A stretch of DNA of 64,000 nucleotides, taken from the NCBI GenBank assembly GCA_963755125.1, contig CAVWIP010000018.1, positions 160,001 through 224,000 of the forward strand. The letters run 5' to 3'. The DNA is from an uncultured delta proteobacterium. GTDB taxonomy: Bacteria > Myxococcota_A > Polyangia > Fen-1088. Position 1 is the first letter of the stretch; each line of letters opens with the position of its first letter. The notes under the pieces were generated by a model. The model had not been told where the DNA came from and did no database searches. It worked only from the letters and a program-made list of their open reading frames with translations. A program made the translations under genes and the position numbers. This document shows positions 60,913 through 64,000 of the stretch, piece by piece.

Positions 60913-61908
60913 TCATGGTGCGGCCTTGTTCTGCCCGGAGGGCGCTTGGTCGAAGTTCATGCGTTCGCGCTCGATGACCAGGGGCCGCTGGCGTACCTGG
61001 CCGTGGATGGCCGACAGGTACTCGCCCAGCACGCCCAAAAAAAAGAGCTGCACGCCGCCGAAGAAGAACACCGCCACGATGAGGGTGGGAATCCCGGGCG
61101 GAGCGAGCCGGCGGAAGTAGAACAGATTGACCGCAGCGCTGAGCACGGCGGCCACCGTGCTGAGCAGCGAGATGATCACGCCGGCCAGCAGGCACAGACG
61201 CATAGGCACGTTGGTGAACGAGATGAGGCCGTTGAGGCCCTGGTCGAACAGGTGGTACAGCCGGTTCTTCGACAGGCCCTTGCGTCGCGCCTTCCAGGTA
61301 TAGGGCACGCCCTCGCGGCGAAATCCGCAGTTGGCAATGAGCCCGCGGATGTAGGGGTAGTAGTCGTCGACCTTGCGCAACTCGTCCGCGATGCGACGGT
61401 CGACCAACTGGAACTCGCCAGCGTCGGGCGGGATGTCGATCTCGGCGAAGCGTCGCACCAGGCGGTAGTACAAACGGCGCGTCGTGCGCATGATCGGGCC
61501 TTCCTCACGATTGGCCCGGATACCGTACACCACCTCGATCCCGGTTTCCCAGCGTCGCACCATTTCCGGGATCACCTCGGGCGGGTCTTGCTGGTCAGCC
61601 GCGAGAAACACCAGGATGGCATCGCCGCTGGCGCTCATCAGACCATTGAAGTCCGAGCGAAACGGGCCGAAGTTGCGCGCATTCAGGATGACCTTGACGT
61701 GTTTGTCCGCCGCGGCCAGCTTGCGCAGAATCTCGGGCGTGGCATCGGTCGAGGCGTTGTCGCAAAAGATGTGCTCGTAGTCGTAGGCGGCGAGCTCGCC
61801 GGCGAACAGATTGCGGATCGCGACGCAGCAGTCCTCGACGTTGTCGGCCTCGTTGTAGCACGGGGTGATGATGCTAATGAGCTTGCGTCTGCTGCTTGCT
61901 GGAGACAT
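60913..61908 (-). CDS. GT2 glycosyltransferase (GtrB/polyprenol-phosphate type, two C-terminal TMs)
   Basis: SIITPCYNE, DNASTD, RNFG, ADQQDPP, GEFQLVDR, GVLGEY. Confidence 0.9.
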   Translation of the reverse strand: MSPASSRRKLISIITPCYNEADNVEDCCVAIRNLFAGELAAYDYEHIFCDNASTDATPEILRKLAAADKHVKVILNARNFGPFRSDFNGLMSASGDAILVFLAADQQDPPEVIPEMVRRWETGIEVVYGIRANREEGPIMRTTRRLYYRLVRRFAEIDIPPDAGEFQLVDRRIADELRKVDDYYPYIRGLIANCGFRREGVPYTWKARRKGLSKNRLYHLFDQGLNGLISFTNVPMRLCLLAGVIISLLSTVAAVLSAAVNLFYFRRLAPPGIPTLIVAVFFFGGVQLFFLGVLGEYLSAIHGQVRQRPLVIERERMNFDQAPSGQNKAAP

Positions 61909-61965
61909 GGCCCCCATCCTCCGTTGCGAAACTGTGCGCGCTGGGGCAGGCCCCGCAACCCGCAT

Positions 61966-62931
61966 TCATGATCGGCCACCCGCGAATCCGGGCGCGCCCG
62001 ACGGCAGCCTGGCTGCCTGGGCCCCGCGGAACCAATCTACAGTCAGGCGCAGGCCGGTCGCCAGATCGGTCTCGGGCTCCCAGCCGGTCGCCTGCCGCAG
62101 GCGATCGATCTTGGCCTGCATGTGCATGATCTGATCGGGCCCATAGGCCAGCTCGCCGAACCCCACATCAGCCTGCGGATTGATGAGATCGCGCACGGCC
62201 TCGATAACCGCGCGGATGGTCTGCACCCGGCCTGAACCGAGGTTGAAGACGCCGGCCGCGTTGGGCGTGACGGCCACACGATGGATGGCCTCGGCCGCGT
62301 CTTCCACGTAGAGGTAGTCCCACAACTGCTCGCCCCGCGTGGTCGCGGGCCGCTGGCCCGCCAGCAAAGCGCGACACACCGAGGGAATGAGCCAGGCGGG
62401 ATCCTCGTCGGGTCCATAGGCCGCAAACAACCGCAGCCAGGCGAAGCGCATGCCGAAGCTGGCGCACAGCTTGCCGGCCAGCAGCCCCGCGCACAGCTTG
62501 GCGGTGCCGTACAGGGTGACCGGCTGAGCCGGCTGCTCCTCGTCGGCCCGGACCGCGGCGGCGCCGTACTCGGCCTGCGAACCGATGCCCACGAAGTGAC
62601 GGGCTCCGGCCGCGTGGGCGAGCTTGGTGAGATCAATGGTGTGGGTGACATGGTCCGCGTGTTGCGCGTTGTTGCGGTTCCTGGTGTTGGGGCCGGCCCA
62701 GGCCGCGTGCACCACGAGTTCAGGAGCAAAGTGCCGGGTGGGCTCGGCCAGCGCCTCGGGTCGCGCCAGATCGCCGGCAATGACCTCCACCCGATCGAGC
62801 AGGTGGCCGATGCGACGAGGCCTCGGCCCCGGACGCAACACAACGGCCATCGCGTGCTCCCCGGCGCGAAGAAAGCGCGCGAGCAGGTGCGACCCGACGA
62901 AACCGCTGGCACCTGTCAACAGGACGCGCAT
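61966..62931 (-). CDS. NAD-dependent epimerase/dehydratase/reductase (extended SDR)
   Basis: TGASGFVG, GSQAEYG, YGTAK, DYLYVED, FNLGSG. Confidence 0.9.
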   Translation of the reverse strand: MRVLLTGASGFVGSHLLARFLRAGEHAMAVVLRPGPRPRRIGHLLDRVEVIAGDLARPEALAEPTRHFAPELVVHAAWAGPNTRNRNNAQHADHVTHTIDLTKLAHAAGARHFVGIGSQAEYGAAAVRADEEQPAQPVTLYGTAKLCAGLLAGKLCASFGMRFAWLRLFAAYGPDEDPAWLIPSVCRALLAGQRPATTRGEQLWDYLYVEDAAEAIHRVAVTPNAAGVFNLGSGRVQTIRAVIEAVRDLINPQADVGFGELAYGPDQIMHMQAKIDRLRQATGWEPETDLATGLRLTVDWFRGAQAARLPSGAPGFAGGRS

Positions 62932-62958
62932 GGTTTCACCGTCGCCCTCACGCTGGAG

Positions 62959-64000
62959 CTAGACGGCGCCCCCCGTCGCCTGGTAGTCGGCGATGTCGGC
63001 CAGGCACCTGTCGCGCATCGATCCCGCACCACGTCCCGCGGGGTCGTGCTGGTAGAAGCTGCGGTACCAGAGCGCCGTGCGCCGCACGGCCTCGCCCACC
63101 GACCAGCGCGGTCGCCAGCCCAGCAGGGTGACGGCCTTGTCGATGCTCAGGCGCAGAAGCCGCGCCTCGTGCGGCTGCCCGGCGACGCTTGCGTCCTGCC
63201 AGGTGCCGGATCCCCACGCGGCAATGAACAGGTCGACGAGCGCGCCGACGGCGACGACCTCGAGACCCGACGGGCCGAAGTTCCAGGCGTCCGCCAGGCG
63301 CGCCCCGTCCGGCGTGGTCAGCATGCGCGCCGCGAGCAGCAGGTAGCCGCCCAAGGGTTCCAGCACGTGCTGCCAGGGCCGCAGGGAGCGCGGATTGCGC
63401 ACCGGCACCGGCTGACCGCTGCTCAAGCTGCGCACGATGTCCGCTACGATGCGGTCCTGCGCCCAGTCACCGCCGCCGATGACGTTGCCCGCGCGCACCG
63501 AGGCGAGCTTGACCCCGTGCTCGTGCGCGCGCTCAGGCGGAAAGAACGACTGGCGGTAGGACGCGACGACCATCTCGGTCGCGCCCTTGCTCGCGCTGTA
63601 CGGGTCCGAGCCGCCCAGGGGATCGGTCTCGCGATAGCCCCAGGTGTGCTCCCGGTTGTCGTAGCACTTGTCGCTGGTGACCACGACGACGGCGCAAGGC
63701 CGGTGGAGGGCGCGCACGGCGTCCAGCACGCTCGCCGTGCCCACCACGTTGACGTCGAAGGTTTCGCGCGGCTGCTGATGGCTGGCGCGCACCAGAGGCT
63801 GGGCCGCCAGGTGCAGCACCACATCGGGAGCGCAGTCGCGCATCGCCTGGGCCAGACGCGCGCTGTCCCGGATGTCCGCCTCGTGATGGGCGGCAAGCAC
63901 CTCGCGCACGCCGCCGGCCACGAATGCACTCGGATCGGTGGGCGGCGCCAGCGCGTAGCCGGTCACGCGCGCGCCCAGACGCGACAGCCAGAGCGAGAGC
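62959..64000 (-). CDS. rfbG: CDP-glucose 4,6-dehydratase (5' end outside window)
   Basis: HLAAQPLVR, TSDKCY, DPYSASK, RAGNVIGGGDWAQDR, RPWQHVLEPL, AWNFGP. Confidence 0.93.
   Translation of the reverse strand, partial: LSLWLSRLGARVTGYALAPPTDPSAFVAGGVREVLAAHHEADIRDSARLAQAMRDCAPDVVLHLAAQPLVRASHQQPRETFDVNVVGTASVLDAVRALHRPCAVVVVTSDKCYDNREHTWGYRETDPLGGSDPYSASKGATEMVVASYRQSFFPPERAHEHGVKLASVRAGNVIGGGDWAQDRIVADIVRSLSSGQPVPVRNPRSLRPWQHVLEPLGGYLLLAARMLTTPDGARLADAWNFGPSGLEVVAVGALVDLFIAAWGSGTWQDASVAGQPHEARLLRLSIDKAVTLLGWRPRWSVGEAVRRTALWYRSFYQHDPAGRGAGSMRDRCLADIADYQATGGAV

Overview
High-GC bacterial chromosomal window. The protein style (Cys-rich repeat lipoproteins, TPR-PEGA protein, membrane Ser/Thr kinase with a Pro-rich tail, Gly/Thr-linker lipoprotein glycosidases) points to Myxococcota/Polyangia; this is inference. 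Contents in order: lipoprotein CAZymes (GH28 cut by the window edge, two tandem GH5 paralogs, later a GH30), a small IS66-like remnant, lpdA-galE, a double-FKBP lipoprotein, an OPT transporter, an ECF sigma/anti-sigma/signal peptidase I operon, and an AmpG-like MFS. A cell-envelope signalling locus follows at 16.4-30 kb: TPR-PEGA protein, Ser/Thr kinase, degenerate GHMP-kinase membrane fusion, two Cys-rich lipoproteins (one with an 11-12x 159-bp repeat array), and a degenerate Hsp70/J-like fusion. After that come several housekeeping genes, a cytochrome c maturation operon (ccmF-orf-ccmABCD, with no ccmE/H visible), a Phd/VapC toxin-antitoxin pair, glucokinase, a ~1430-aa PlsA/Ger-like activase-reductase, a hybrid sensor kinase, and the end of a CDP-sugar cluster (rfbG, NAD-dependent reductase/epimerase, GT2, YerE-like TPP enzyme). 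Most striking observation: the divergently transcribed Ser/Thr kinase and the catalytically degenerate GHMP-kinase-like protein have unrelated cytoplasmic heads but share a TM + Pro-rich stalk + C-terminal RAGxLSxDDF tail, next to a TPR-PEGA protein that could bind that tail. No rRNA, tRNA or CRISPR array was recognised. Start codons were chosen by eye and all family calls come from motif recognition, not database searches.
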